A stretch of 64,000 nt of DNA from Planctomycetota bacterium. GTDB taxonomy: Bacteria > Planctomycetota > GCA-002687715 > DRQF01. A model generated the notes under the pieces. That model was not told the origin of the DNA. It was given only the letters and a program-made list of their open reading frames with translations, and did not search any database. The DNA lies in contig JALTLO010000023.1 in NCBI GenBank assembly GCA_027001995.1, positions 19,156 to 83,155 of the forward strand, given 5' to 3'. This document shows, piece after piece, positions 9,636 to 18,220 of the stretch. Numbering within the stretch: the stretch's first letter is position 1; every line of letters begins with the position of its first letter. A program made the position numbers and the translations under genes.

Positions 9636-10403
9636 TTGGAGTTCTTTGAAGAGAATGTGAGATTCATTGTTCTGCACTGGGTTCGTTGCCTTGCGCTCAT
9701 AGGACCACTGCCGATTTTCGGTCAAGGTGGTACGTCCAGAATGTCGCGGGTTGGGTTGGGGGTTGCTCTTGGAACGGTTCTGGCCTTCCTTTCAGACATC
9801 GATTCTTTTGTCGACCCCGGCCCAACCCTGTTTTTGGTGGTCATCGTCATGAAGGAGGCCATGCTCGGTCTCGTCCTCGGTTACATCGTGTTGATTTCGT
9901 TTTCGACGTTGCGCGTTTGTGGCCACATCATTGGCGAAGGCATGGGATTCAATATGGCAAGTATTCAAGATCCGATCACGGGGGTGAGCTCTCAGTTGAT
10001 CGCTCACCTTTTTGAGTCTGTAGGCATGATGCTGTTCTTCATCACCAAGGGTCATCATGTCCTCATCAAGGCCTTAGCTGCTTCCTTCGCCATCTACCCC
10101 GTCGGCCACTTTGAACTCGATAGGGAGTTAGTGGGAGCCGTCGTGTTGTTCTCATCTGGTTTATTCGCTTCCGCCTTGCAAGTAGCGGCGCCAGTCTTTG
10201 TCGCTCTTTTCGCCATCGCGGTGGCCTTAGCCATTGTTGCTCGCGTGGCACCTCAACTGCAGGTTATGCAATTTGCCTTTCCCGCAAAGATCTTGACTGG
10301 ATTGGTGTTGCTTGTGTCAACGTTTCATGTTTTCGCCCCCTCGATGCAAATGGTATTCGACGATTTGGAGGTCTTCTTGTTCGAGATGTTCGAACAACGG
10401 TAA
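9636..10403 (+). CDS. fliR: Flagellar export gate protein FliR
   Basis: Hydrophobic; GHIIGEGMGF...DP and RVAPQLQV..FP.K motifs; synteny. Confidence 0.92.
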   Translation: MEFFEENVRFIVLHWVRCLALIGPLPIFGQGGTSRMSRVGLGVALGTVLAFLSDIDSFVDPGPTLFLVVIVMKEAMLGLVLGYIVLISFSTLRVCGHIIGEGMGFNMASIQDPITGVSSQLIAHLFESVGMMLFFITKGHHVLIKALAASFAIYPVGHFELDRELVGAVVLFSSGLFASALQVAAPVFVALFAIAVALAIVARVAPQLQVMQFAFPAKILTGLVLLVSTFHVFAPSMQMVFDDLEVFLFEMFEQR

Positions 10404-10412
10404 TGCTGATTC

Positions 10413-11489
10413 ATGGCTGATAGTGCACAAGAAAAAACCGAACAGGCAACCCCGAAGAAGTCCAATGATGCGGCTAAGAAGGGGCAGATTGCCTACTCCA
10501 AGGAGATCACAGGTGCAGTGCTCTTCCTCTTCGGTATTGTCACCATTCGTGGCATTGGCGACACCATTTTCGCCGCTCTTTCGGGTCGTTTGGTTACGAA
10601 TTTCCAATTGCCATTAAATGCCTTTTCAGAGCAAGACCCAAACGACTATCTCGCATCCATGGCAACGGAGGTCTTGTCAATTGTCGGGCCTGTCTTTGCC
10701 GTTGCATTCGCCATCACCTGGGTTCCTGGTCTACTGCAAACGAAACTTCAGTTAAGTGCCAGTAAGCTCAAACCCGAAATCGGGAAACTTAACCCAATCA
10801 AAGGCGTGAAGAAGCTCTTTTCACTCAACAGCGTCGTCAGCACGATTCAGAACCTAGTCAAGATGTCCCTAGTAGGCATCGTGGTGTGGGTGACCATCGC
10901 TGGGGCAATGCCCAAGATCCTTCGGCTCTCCGGCGCTCCTTTGGGAGAGGTGGTTGATGTTATTCTCGATCTCATGTTCTTAATGGGATTCCGCGTTGCA
11001 GGAGGCCTAGTTGCCGTTGGCATCATCGATACTTTCTATCGCATTTGGAAGCACAAGAAAGACCTCATGATGTCGAAAGAAGATGTCAAAGAAGAGCGCA
11101 AGAGTTCAGAAGGCGACCCCAAGATCAAGGCGAAGATCAAGTCAATTCAACTGGGATTGGCATTGCAACGAATGCAACAGGATGTGCAAACCGCTGATGT
11201 TGTTGTTCGGAATCCGACCCACTTCGCCGTAGCTTTGAAGTACGACCGAGAGGCAGGGACATCACCTCAAGTGGTGGCCAAGGGACGTGGCCACATGGCT
11301 CTCCGGATCATTGCCATCGCAGAAGAAGCCGGAGTTGAAGTGGTGGAGAACCGGCCCTTAGCCAGGGAACTTTACCGCAGCGTCGAACTCGGCGAGCAGA
11401 TTCCAGAGAGGCTGTTCAAAGCAGTCGCTGCGGTTCTCGCCTTCGTCTTCAAGAAGAAACAAAAACGAACACATACGCAGGTCGTCTAG
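10413..11489 (+). CDS. flhB: Flagellar export switch protein FlhB
   Basis: EKTEQATPKK start, EGDPKIK, NPTH autocleavage site. Confidence 0.96.
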   Translation: MADSAQEKTEQATPKKSNDAAKKGQIAYSKEITGAVLFLFGIVTIRGIGDTIFAALSGRLVTNFQLPLNAFSEQDPNDYLASMATEVLSIVGPVFAVAFAITWVPGLLQTKLQLSASKLKPEIGKLNPIKGVKKLFSLNSVVSTIQNLVKMSLVGIVVWVTIAGAMPKILRLSGAPLGEVVDVILDLMFLMGFRVAGGLVAVGIIDTFYRIWKHKKDLMMSKEDVKEERKSSEGDPKIKAKIKSIQLGLALQRMQQDVQTADVVVRNPTHFAVALKYDREAGTSPQVVAKGRGHMALRIIAIAEEAGVEVVENRPLARELYRSVELGEQIPERLFKAVAAVLAFVFKKKQKRTHTQVV

Positions 11490-11518
11490 ACCCTGCAATC
11501 ACCGATGGATATTGACAC

Positions 11519-13615
11519 ATGGCAGACTTAAATAAGAAGAAGGACGGGCTGAAGAGCGAAGTGGCATTGGGTCTTGGCGTAATGGCCATGATCTTTGTCT
11601 TGATCGTACCTCTACCTCCCATCGTTCTGGACGTGTTCATCGCCATGAACATTGCCTTCGCCACCCTTCTTTTGTTGATCACTCTGAGTGCTCAAGAATC
11701 TCTTGAGCTTTCCAGCTACCCGACTCTTCTGTTGCTGACGACTCTATTCCGATTGTCATTGAACGTCGCGTCGACTCGACTGATTCTTCTGAAGGGGCAA
11801 GCGGGAAATGTGATTCAAGCGTTCGGGGACTTCGTTGTTGGGGGCAACCTTGTCGTCGGCGTGGTGATTTTCTCGATTCTGGTGATCATCCAGTTTGTTG
11901 TCATCACCAAAGGTTCCAACCGAATTGGCGAGGTTGCTGCGCGTTTCACCTTGGATGCCATGCCAGGTAAACAAATGGCGATTGATGCCGATATGAATTC
12001 TGGACTGATTGACGAAGCAGAAGCACGGGTTCGTCGGGAGAAGATTTCGGAGGAGGCTGAATTCTATGGTGCCATGGATGGTGCCGGTAAGTTTGTTCGA
12101 GGAGACGCAGTAGCTGGCCTCATCATTACTTTCATCAACGTGCTCGGTGGCGTCATCATTGGTTATGCCGACAATATGCCCATTGTAGACGCCCTAAAGA
12201 AGTATAGCATCCTAACAATTGGTGACGGTTTGGTGAGTCAAACACCTGCCCTTATCATCGCCATTGCCGCCGGTATCTTGGTAACGAAAACATCAAGCAA
12301 AAGGCAGATGGCCGATGAATTCGGTATCCAGCTTTTCAGCAACGACCGTGCATTGGGCATCTGCGCCTTTGTTCTATTCATCATGGCCTTGGTGCCTGGA
12401 TTTCCGAAGCTTCCATTCTTTGCCATCTCTGTTGGCATGCTGATGGCGCGCAGGCGTATCATCAAGAGACGCGAAGAGGAGGCAGCGGAGCCAAGTGAAG
12501 CAGATTTGGCCTCGGAAGCTGATGAAGATGGGCCAGAATTAACCGCTGAAACCTTAGGTCGCCTTCTCCATGTCGATCGCATGGGGATTGAGATCGGTTA
12601 TCGATTGATCCAAATTGTCGATGCTGACAAAAAGGGTGGTTTGCTCGATCACATCGGCATGGTGCGCAAGCAGTTCGCCAAAGAGCTGGGCATTATCATT
12701 CCGCCAATTCGGCTGCGGGACAACTTATCCATGGATGCCAATGGTTATCGCATTCTCTTGAACGGCCAAGAAGTTGCCCAAGGGATGCTCTATCCCAATC
12801 ACCACCTAGCCATGAACCCAGGGACGGTCACTGAAGAAATTGACGGCGTTCGTGGTCTCGACCCAACTTTTGGAATGCCGGCAGTCTGGGTTCGTGACGA
12901 ACAAAAAACCGAAGCGGAGATGCTGGGCTACACGGTGGTTGACGCCATCAGTGTGATGGTCACCCATTTGACGGAGACGATTCGCGCCAATGCCTCAGAA
13001 GTATTGACCCGAGAAGATGTTCAGTCTTTAGTGGACCGCATTAAAGAAGATGCCCCGACTGTCGTTGGTGAGTTGGTGCCTGACGTTCTTGGGCTCGGAG
13101 AGATTCAAGGCGTACTACAAAACCTTCTCGGTGAACGTGTGCCGATTCGCAATTTGCCAGTGATTCTTGAGGTCCTAGCGGATCACGGGAAAAAAATTAA
13201 GGATGTCGAGCAACTGACGGAGTTTGTCCGTCAACGTTTGGGGCGAGTGCTCTGCGAAATGCACGGTGACAAGGAAGGCACAATTGCTTGCATCGTCGTC
13301 GACCCGCATCTGGAGGGGGCCATCGAGCAAGAGCTTGTTGGTCAAACCACCGGCGCCATGTCAGCTGGGTCTCTCCAGAAGATTCAGGAGAGCGCCTCCG
13401 AATGCTATGGCGCAGCGATGCAAGAAGGCAAAGAGGCCGTCATTCTCACCCGCGCCACCACCAGGCGCTACATTGCCGATATGCTGACCGGCCTCAAACC
13501 CCGCATTCCCGTGCTTTCCTTCAACGAGATCACGGCGGCCAAACGAGTCGAGCCAGTTGGTCAAATTTCAATAACACCCAGTGAGGAGAAAACACCTCTT
13601 GAGTTGAGTGCATGA
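11519..13615 (+). CDS. flhA: Flagellar export protein FlhA
   Basis: EVAARFTLDAMPGKQMAIDAD, FYGAMDGAGKFVRGDA, TIGDGLVSQ motifs. Confidence 0.97.
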   Translation: MADLNKKKDGLKSEVALGLGVMAMIFVLIVPLPPIVLDVFIAMNIAFATLLLLITLSAQESLELSSYPTLLLLTTLFRLSLNVASTRLILLKGQAGNVIQAFGDFVVGGNLVVGVVIFSILVIIQFVVITKGSNRIGEVAARFTLDAMPGKQMAIDADMNSGLIDEAEARVRREKISEEAEFYGAMDGAGKFVRGDAVAGLIITFINVLGGVIIGYADNMPIVDALKKYSILTIGDGLVSQTPALIIAIAAGILVTKTSSKRQMADEFGIQLFSNDRALGICAFVLFIMALVPGFPKLPFFAISVGMLMARRRIIKRREEEAAEPSEADLASEADEDGPELTAETLGRLLHVDRMGIEIGYRLIQIVDADKKGGLLDHIGMVRKQFAKELGIIIPPIRLRDNLSMDANGYRILLNGQEVAQGMLYPNHHLAMNPGTVTEEIDGVRGLDPTFGMPAVWVRDEQKTEAEMLGYTVVDAISVMVTHLTETIRANASEVLTREDVQSLVDRIKEDAPTVVGELVPDVLGLGEIQGVLQNLLGERVPIRNLPVILEVLADHGKKIKDVEQLTEFVRQRLGRVLCEMHGDKEGTIACIVVDPHLEGAIEQELVGQTTGAMSAGSLQKIQESASECYGAAMQEGKEAVILTRATTRRYIADMLTGLKPRIPVLSFNEITAAKRVEPVGQISITPSEEKTPLELSA

Positions 13616-13630
13616 AAATGCCGATAGATT

Positions 13631-14017
13631 ATGCAGAGAGAACCCCTTTTGCACAGGGAAACGAGAGTGAGTGAACAGTTAGAACAACCCGAAGCCGATC
13701 AAATCGACAGTGAAACAGCCCAGGAAGAAGTGGTTGAGGAGACAAAAGAGACCTCTCCACCCAAGATTTCTGGAGCCCACGCTATTGGCAAACTTGCCGG
13801 GGCAAGCGTCGCTATTCCCACCGCGGCCATTGTTTTTTGCGTGGCTGCTATGGCTGGTGTCCCGGCATCCACAGCAATCACCCGCAGTGTATTCACCGCC
13901 ATCGGAATGTGGATCTTCGTCGGCCTCGCCTTTCGCTTCCTTTTCACCTTTGTCATTTACGACTGGCGCAAGAAGATGTCGCCCTCCCCGGCTGCCAATG
14001 AAGGAGCCAGCGAATGA
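13631..14017 (+). CDS. Small membrane protein in the flagellar operon
   Basis: Acidic N-terminus plus two hydrophobic helices; stop overlaps the fliA start (ATGA). Confidence 0.65.
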   Translation: MQREPLLHRETRVSEQLEQPEADQIDSETAQEEVVEETKETSPPKISGAHAIGKLAGASVAIPTAAIVFCVAAMAGVPASTAITRSVFTAIGMWIFVGLAFRFLFTFVIYDWRKKMSPSPAANEGASE

Positions 14018-14772
14018 GTGATGCCGTGCAAGCCTATTCTCGTCGTGCCCTCTCAGATGAAGACCGCAATACACTGGTGGAAGACTACCTACCCTTGGTA
14101 CGTCACGTCTTAGGGCGGTTGCCTTTGACCTTGCCTGCATTCATGGACCAAGAGGACCTCTTCGAAGTGGGCGTTCTTGGTCTTATGAACGCCGTCAGAA
14201 CCTATGACAGTTCCAAGGGTGCGAAACTCAAGACTCATGCCTATGTGAACATCCGTGGGGCGATCTTGGATGAGCTTCGAAAATACGACATCGTCCCTCG
14301 ATCACGCCGCGACCGCATCAAGTTCTTCAAGAAGACCGAAGAAGAATTAGAAGATCAATTGGGTCGCCCAGCCACACCGGAAGAAATCGCTGCATCCATG
14401 GGTCTCAAGGTCGAGCAAGTCGACGAAATCTTAGTCAACATGCAAGGGGCATCGCTTTTGTCCTTAGATGAAGGAGTTGGAGGAGAAGACGGCGTGCGTT
14501 TATCGGACGCCATTGCCTGCCCCGGCTCGCCCAATCCTTCCGACGCGGCGGAATCGGCGGAGCTGAAAGGCAAGATCGCCGACCTCATCCACCAACTACC
14601 GGAGAACGAAAGGCGCGTGATTGTTCTCTATTACGCCGAAGGCCTACTACTCAAGGAAATCGGCGCCGTGCTCGACGTTTCCGAAAGTCGAGTCAGTCAA
14701 ATACACAGCCGGGCGATTTATCGCATGAACAAAGCCCTAACTGCCCGTCCCAAGGCGGAGAGTTCCTTATGA
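14014..14772 (+). CDS. fliA: RNA polymerase sigma-28 factor FliA/WhiG
   Basis: IRGAILDELRKYDIVPRS, LKEIGAVLDVSESRVSQIH; flagellar context. Confidence 0.95.
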   Translation: MSDAVQAYSRRALSDEDRNTLVEDYLPLVRHVLGRLPLTLPAFMDQEDLFEVGVLGLMNAVRTYDSSKGAKLKTHAYVNIRGAILDELRKYDIVPRSRRDRIKFFKKTEEELEDQLGRPATPEEIAASMGLKVEQVDEILVNMQGASLLSLDEGVGGEDGVRLSDAIACPGSPNPSDAAESAELKGKIADLIHQLPENERRVIVLYYAEGLLLKEIGAVLDVSESRVSQIHSRAIYRMNKALTARPKAESSL

Positions 14773-15005
14773 ATCGTCGCATTTCCAACATTATCAAAGC
14801 CGCCAACTTGAGCCCGACCTTGGGAGCATCCGTCAGCAGTGCCGCTGGCGTTCCCCCAGCCAAGACAGCCCATGCGCCCCAGGACACAGCCACGATCAAC
14901 TTGCATCGCAACGGCGACCTCATTGAAGCCATTGAGGTCACTTGCAGCTGCGGGCGCACCACCTTCATTGAATGTGTTTACGAAGACCAGGAGCCCACAT
15001 CATGA
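14769..15005 (+). CDS. Small Cys-containing protein (CxC...C)
   Basis: IEAIEVTCSCGRTTFIECVY; ATGA-coupled to both neighbours. Confidence 0.7.
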   Translation: MNRRISNIIKAANLSPTLGASVSSAAGVPPAKTAHAPQDTATINLHRNGDLIEAIEVTCSCGRTTFIECVYEDQEPTS

Positions 15006-15487
15006 ACCGTCCAAGTTCATCATTGAGAGTACTGATCGCCACCTTGAGCGTCTTCTTTTTGGGGGCCTGCCAAACGGTCCACAAAGATTTGGAGGCAGAG
15101 ATGATCGGAAACAGCAAGCCGAGACGAGAAACCAGCAAGCCTGTGGATTCCGCCATACAAGTTCCTGATCTGGACGAGAGGAAGGAAGACACCCAGTTTC
15201 TCAGCCAAATCGACCGTCTGGAGAAGAGAGTTTTTGACCTAACCCAGAAGCTCAAGGAAGCCGAAGCGGAACGGAAATCCGCCATAGAATTGCGCAATGC
15301 GGCTCAGCAAAATGAATCTGTCTTGGCCAATCAGATCGACGACTTTCAGACATCTCTCGAGAGCGCTCTTGATCGGGAGAGGAAACTAAAAGAACGCCTT
15401 CTCCGATCAGAGTTGGAATCTGTTCGTTACCAACAGACCATCGCCGACATGAAAATCCGCGAACTGACGAGAGGAGACAGCAATTGA
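15002..15487 (+). CDS. Coiled-coil lipoprotein (ORF track start 14972)
   Basis: ATG overlaps the upstream stop; lipobox FLGAC; long heptad-rich helix. Confidence 0.75.
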   Translation: MNRPSSSLRVLIATLSVFFLGACQTVHKDLEAEMIGNSKPRRETSKPVDSAIQVPDLDERKEDTQFLSQIDRLEKRVFDLTQKLKEAEAERKSAIELRNAAQQNESVLANQIDDFQTSLESALDRERKLKERLLRSELESVRYQQTIADMKIRELTRGDSN

Positions 15488-16161
15488 AAGTCTTAGCTCT
15501 TGTTATTCTGCTTTCCTTGTCATTGACTGCTTGTGCATTCTTGGAAAGAGGAACGCCACCTCCAGAGCCTGGAGCCTTTCCGTTCTATGCGGAAAAAGAC
15601 GCTTCGAAAGGTATTCGCCGGGTGGTCATGATGCCACTGCGAGTCGAAAACCCAGGCCATGCATCCATGGGGAATTTGGAACGCAGCCTGCAGAGAGCCA
15701 TGTCTAAAGAACACTTGTTTGAGCTTGTTCCCGTCTCCAATAGTGATCTCGCCGACACAGATTTCGATTCAACAAGGACAAAGGGGACCTTCAGAACAGA
15801 AGACTTAATTACTCTGAGCCAGCGATTCGGTGCCGAAGGTGTTATTCATGGCATCGTGACCCAATACCAAGTCTATCCTCAGGTTGTTTTAGGGCTCCGG
15901 CTCACCCTATTGGATTGCCGAACCGGGCGAGTCCCTTGGGCCACTGACATTGTTCTCGATGCTTCTTCGCGCATCATCAAACAAGACGTGCAAAACTATT
16001 ATGACACGACAAAATGGGAAGAAGGCTCCCTCCTTGACCATGAGAAAGTACTGATTTCTCCTCGATTGTTCGGAGACTACGCCTCCATGCGCATCGCGAG
16101 CACTTTAGCCAGCGCCATGCGTGCCGGCCCTGCATCAATATCAAGGTCCGTAAAGAACTAA
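15484..16161 (+). CDS. Lipoprotein of alpha/beta (CsgG/LpoB/PelC-like) type
   Basis: Lipobox LTAC; RRVVMMP...GAEGVIHGIVTQY...LRLTLLDCRTGRVPW pattern. Confidence 0.7.
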   Translation: MKVLALVILLSLSLTACAFLERGTPPPEPGAFPFYAEKDASKGIRRVVMMPLRVENPGHASMGNLERSLQRAMSKEHLFELVPVSNSDLADTDFDSTRTKGTFRTEDLITLSQRFGAEGVIHGIVTQYQVYPQVVLGLRLTLLDCRTGRVPWATDIVLDASSRIIKQDVQNYYDTTKWEEGSLLDHEKVLISPRLFGDYASMRIASTLASAMRAGPASISRSVKN

Positions 16162-16397
16162 GAGGAAAAGACTTAGGACTTTCGCTTCGAGCCGTATTCT
16201 GGGCCAAAAAGAACGATGGCTTGGAGTGGGCAAAATCCTTGATCCGGCCCATCTCCCCCCCTATCATCGCGAAATCGCTTCATGTGATTCTTGTGTTCCC
16301 TCGGTGAGTTTTGAATAAACCTCCCAGGTCAACGATTCGAATGCAAGAGGATGGAGCATCAGCCTCAATTCCAGGCAGGCTCGCGAGGATAAAGAGT

Positions 16398-17975
16398 ATG
16401 TTCGGACACGGATTCGCGGTTTTTACCGATAGCCTTCTTAAAGGCGCAGTAGCAGTTCCTGAAGATGCCGGGTGGTTCAAACCCCTGGTTTTAGGTCTCT
16501 ATGCCGCCACATTGTTTCTTTTGTGGCTCTTTGGTGTCCACCGCTACTTCATCATGTGGTTCTACTCTTCCAACAAGAAGAACGTACCCACCCCAAAACG
16601 AGTCTTTGCGGACGAAGAATTGCCCCCAGTCACTGTTCAGCTTGCCATCTTTAATGAGATGTACGTGGCCGAGCGCATCATCGATGCGGTCTGCAAGATG
16701 GACTACCCTAAGCACTTACTGCAAGTCCAAGTCTTAGACGACTCCACCGATGAGACCGTAAACATCAGTCGCAGGACCGCAGCTCTCTGGGCAGAAAAAG
16801 GCTTCGATATTGAGGTCATCCACCGCATCGACCGCAGTGGCTATAAGGCTGGTGCATTGGAAAACGGACTCAAGACGGCGAAGGGTGAGATTATCTGCAT
16901 GTTTGACGCAGACTTCATTCCCACCGTTGACTTTCTGAGAAAACAGGTCCACTTCTATTCCGATCCCAATGTGGGCTTTGTCCAAGCTCGCTGGGCCCAC
17001 ATCAACGAAAATCACTCTTTGTTGACCAAGCTGCAAGCCTTGTACCTAAACGGCCACTTCGTCTTGGAGCACACGGGACGTCAACGTTCTGGCCGCTTCT
17101 TTAGCTTCTCGGGCACTGCCGGCACTTGGCGCCGCGCATGTATCGAGAACGCTGGGGGCTGGTCTCATCGCACATTGGTCGAAGACTTAGATCTCTCATA
17201 TCGGGCCCAATTAGGGGGATGGCAAGGTGTCTACCTGGTAGACCAAGGAGTACCCGCTGAGCTTCCTGTTGACATGAACGGCTACAAGAGCCAGCAACAT
17301 CGTTGGGCTAAAGGCTTCATTCAGGCCATGATGCACATGCTGATTCCTATCTGGAAGAGCAAGCAACCTCTCAAGGTGAAGATCGAGTGCACCTTCCATT
17401 TGACCAACAACTTGACCTATTTATTCATGATCGCTCTGAGCGTCTTGATGTTCCCGGCTCTTCACTACCGCTGTCAAATTCTCTCTGGCATCTGGGCCAC
17501 CATCTTTGACGTCAGCCTCTTCGTCGGCGCCACTGCCAGCATCCTGAGCTTCTATGCCTATGCGGAACGGCAGATCGACGAGAAGTGGTACAAGAAAGTC
17601 ATCTACATGCCCCTTCTCATGGGACTGGGCATCGGCATGGCATTGAATCAGGCAAAAGCCGTTATCGAAGCCCTCCGGGGTCAGGAAAGCCCTTTTGTTC
17701 GCACCCCGAAGTATCAGGTCAATGCCGGAGAAAAAGGGGCTGCTTGGAAGAAGAAACGCTACTCCGCCTCAAAGAGCATGCTGCCAGCCCTGGAGCTTGC
17801 TTTCGCCCTTTACTTCACTGGCGTGACGGCATACGCGGCGGTCCACAACCTGTGGCTGGCTGTTCCTTTCTTGGGACTCTTTGCCTGGGGTTATGGTTAC
17901 GTCGGATGGAAATCCATCGAATTGCAAAAGCGAACAGCCCCCAAAGCGTCCCCAACACCAGCAATCGCTGACTAA
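16398..17975 (+). CDS. GT2 cellulose-synthase-like glycosyltransferase (ORF track start 16311)
   Basis: LDDSTD, KAGAL, FDADF, VEDLD, QQHRW (D,D,D,QxxRW) plus TM helices. Confidence 0.92.
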   Translation: MFGHGFAVFTDSLLKGAVAVPEDAGWFKPLVLGLYAATLFLLWLFGVHRYFIMWFYSSNKKNVPTPKRVFADEELPPVTVQLAIFNEMYVAERIIDAVCKMDYPKHLLQVQVLDDSTDETVNISRRTAALWAEKGFDIEVIHRIDRSGYKAGALENGLKTAKGEIICMFDADFIPTVDFLRKQVHFYSDPNVGFVQARWAHINENHSLLTKLQALYLNGHFVLEHTGRQRSGRFFSFSGTAGTWRRACIENAGGWSHRTLVEDLDLSYRAQLGGWQGVYLVDQGVPAELPVDMNGYKSQQHRWAKGFIQAMMHMLIPIWKSKQPLKVKIECTFHLTNNLTYLFMIALSVLMFPALHYRCQILSGIWATIFDVSLFVGATASILSFYAYAERQIDEKWYKKVIYMPLLMGLGIGMALNQAKAVIEALRGQESPFVRTPKYQVNAGEKGAAWKKKRYSASKSMLPALELAFALYFTGVTAYAAVHNLWLAVPFLGLFAWGYGYVGWKSIELQKRTAPKASPTPAIAD

Positions 17976-17999
17976 GACGAAGCCACCCAAAATCGAAAA

Positions 18000-18040
18000 G
18001 GGCCCCGACCACCTCACCGTGGTTGGGGCCCTATTCATTT
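18000..18040 (+). terminator. Intrinsic terminator-like hairpin after the GT2 gene
   Basis: GGGCCCCGACCAC-loop-GTGGTTGGGGCCC followed by TATTCATTT. Confidence 0.65.
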
Positions 18041-18220
18041 CAACCATAAGTCTTTGCGCCAAACACGCACAGGGCCATGATCGTAGGGGATTTCTTGTTG
18101 ATCCAGTGGGACTTCAGCTCTACCCATTTCCGCTTTGACAAGGTTAATACTTCGCAGGTAGACTATCTTCGTTGATGCGCGTGCGCACAACTTTCGGGGT
18201 AGGCGTTCATTTTAATCCCA

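Noticed and set aside
13599..13627. Internal sigma28 promoter (GCCGATAG at 13620) before the orf-fliA genes
   Set aside because: Good -10 but no convincing -35 at the right spacing; not called
7913..14772. Injectisome-type (non-flagellar) T3SS
   Set aside because: FliO, signal-peptide-bearing FliP, FliA and an FlgM-like gene indicate flagellar type
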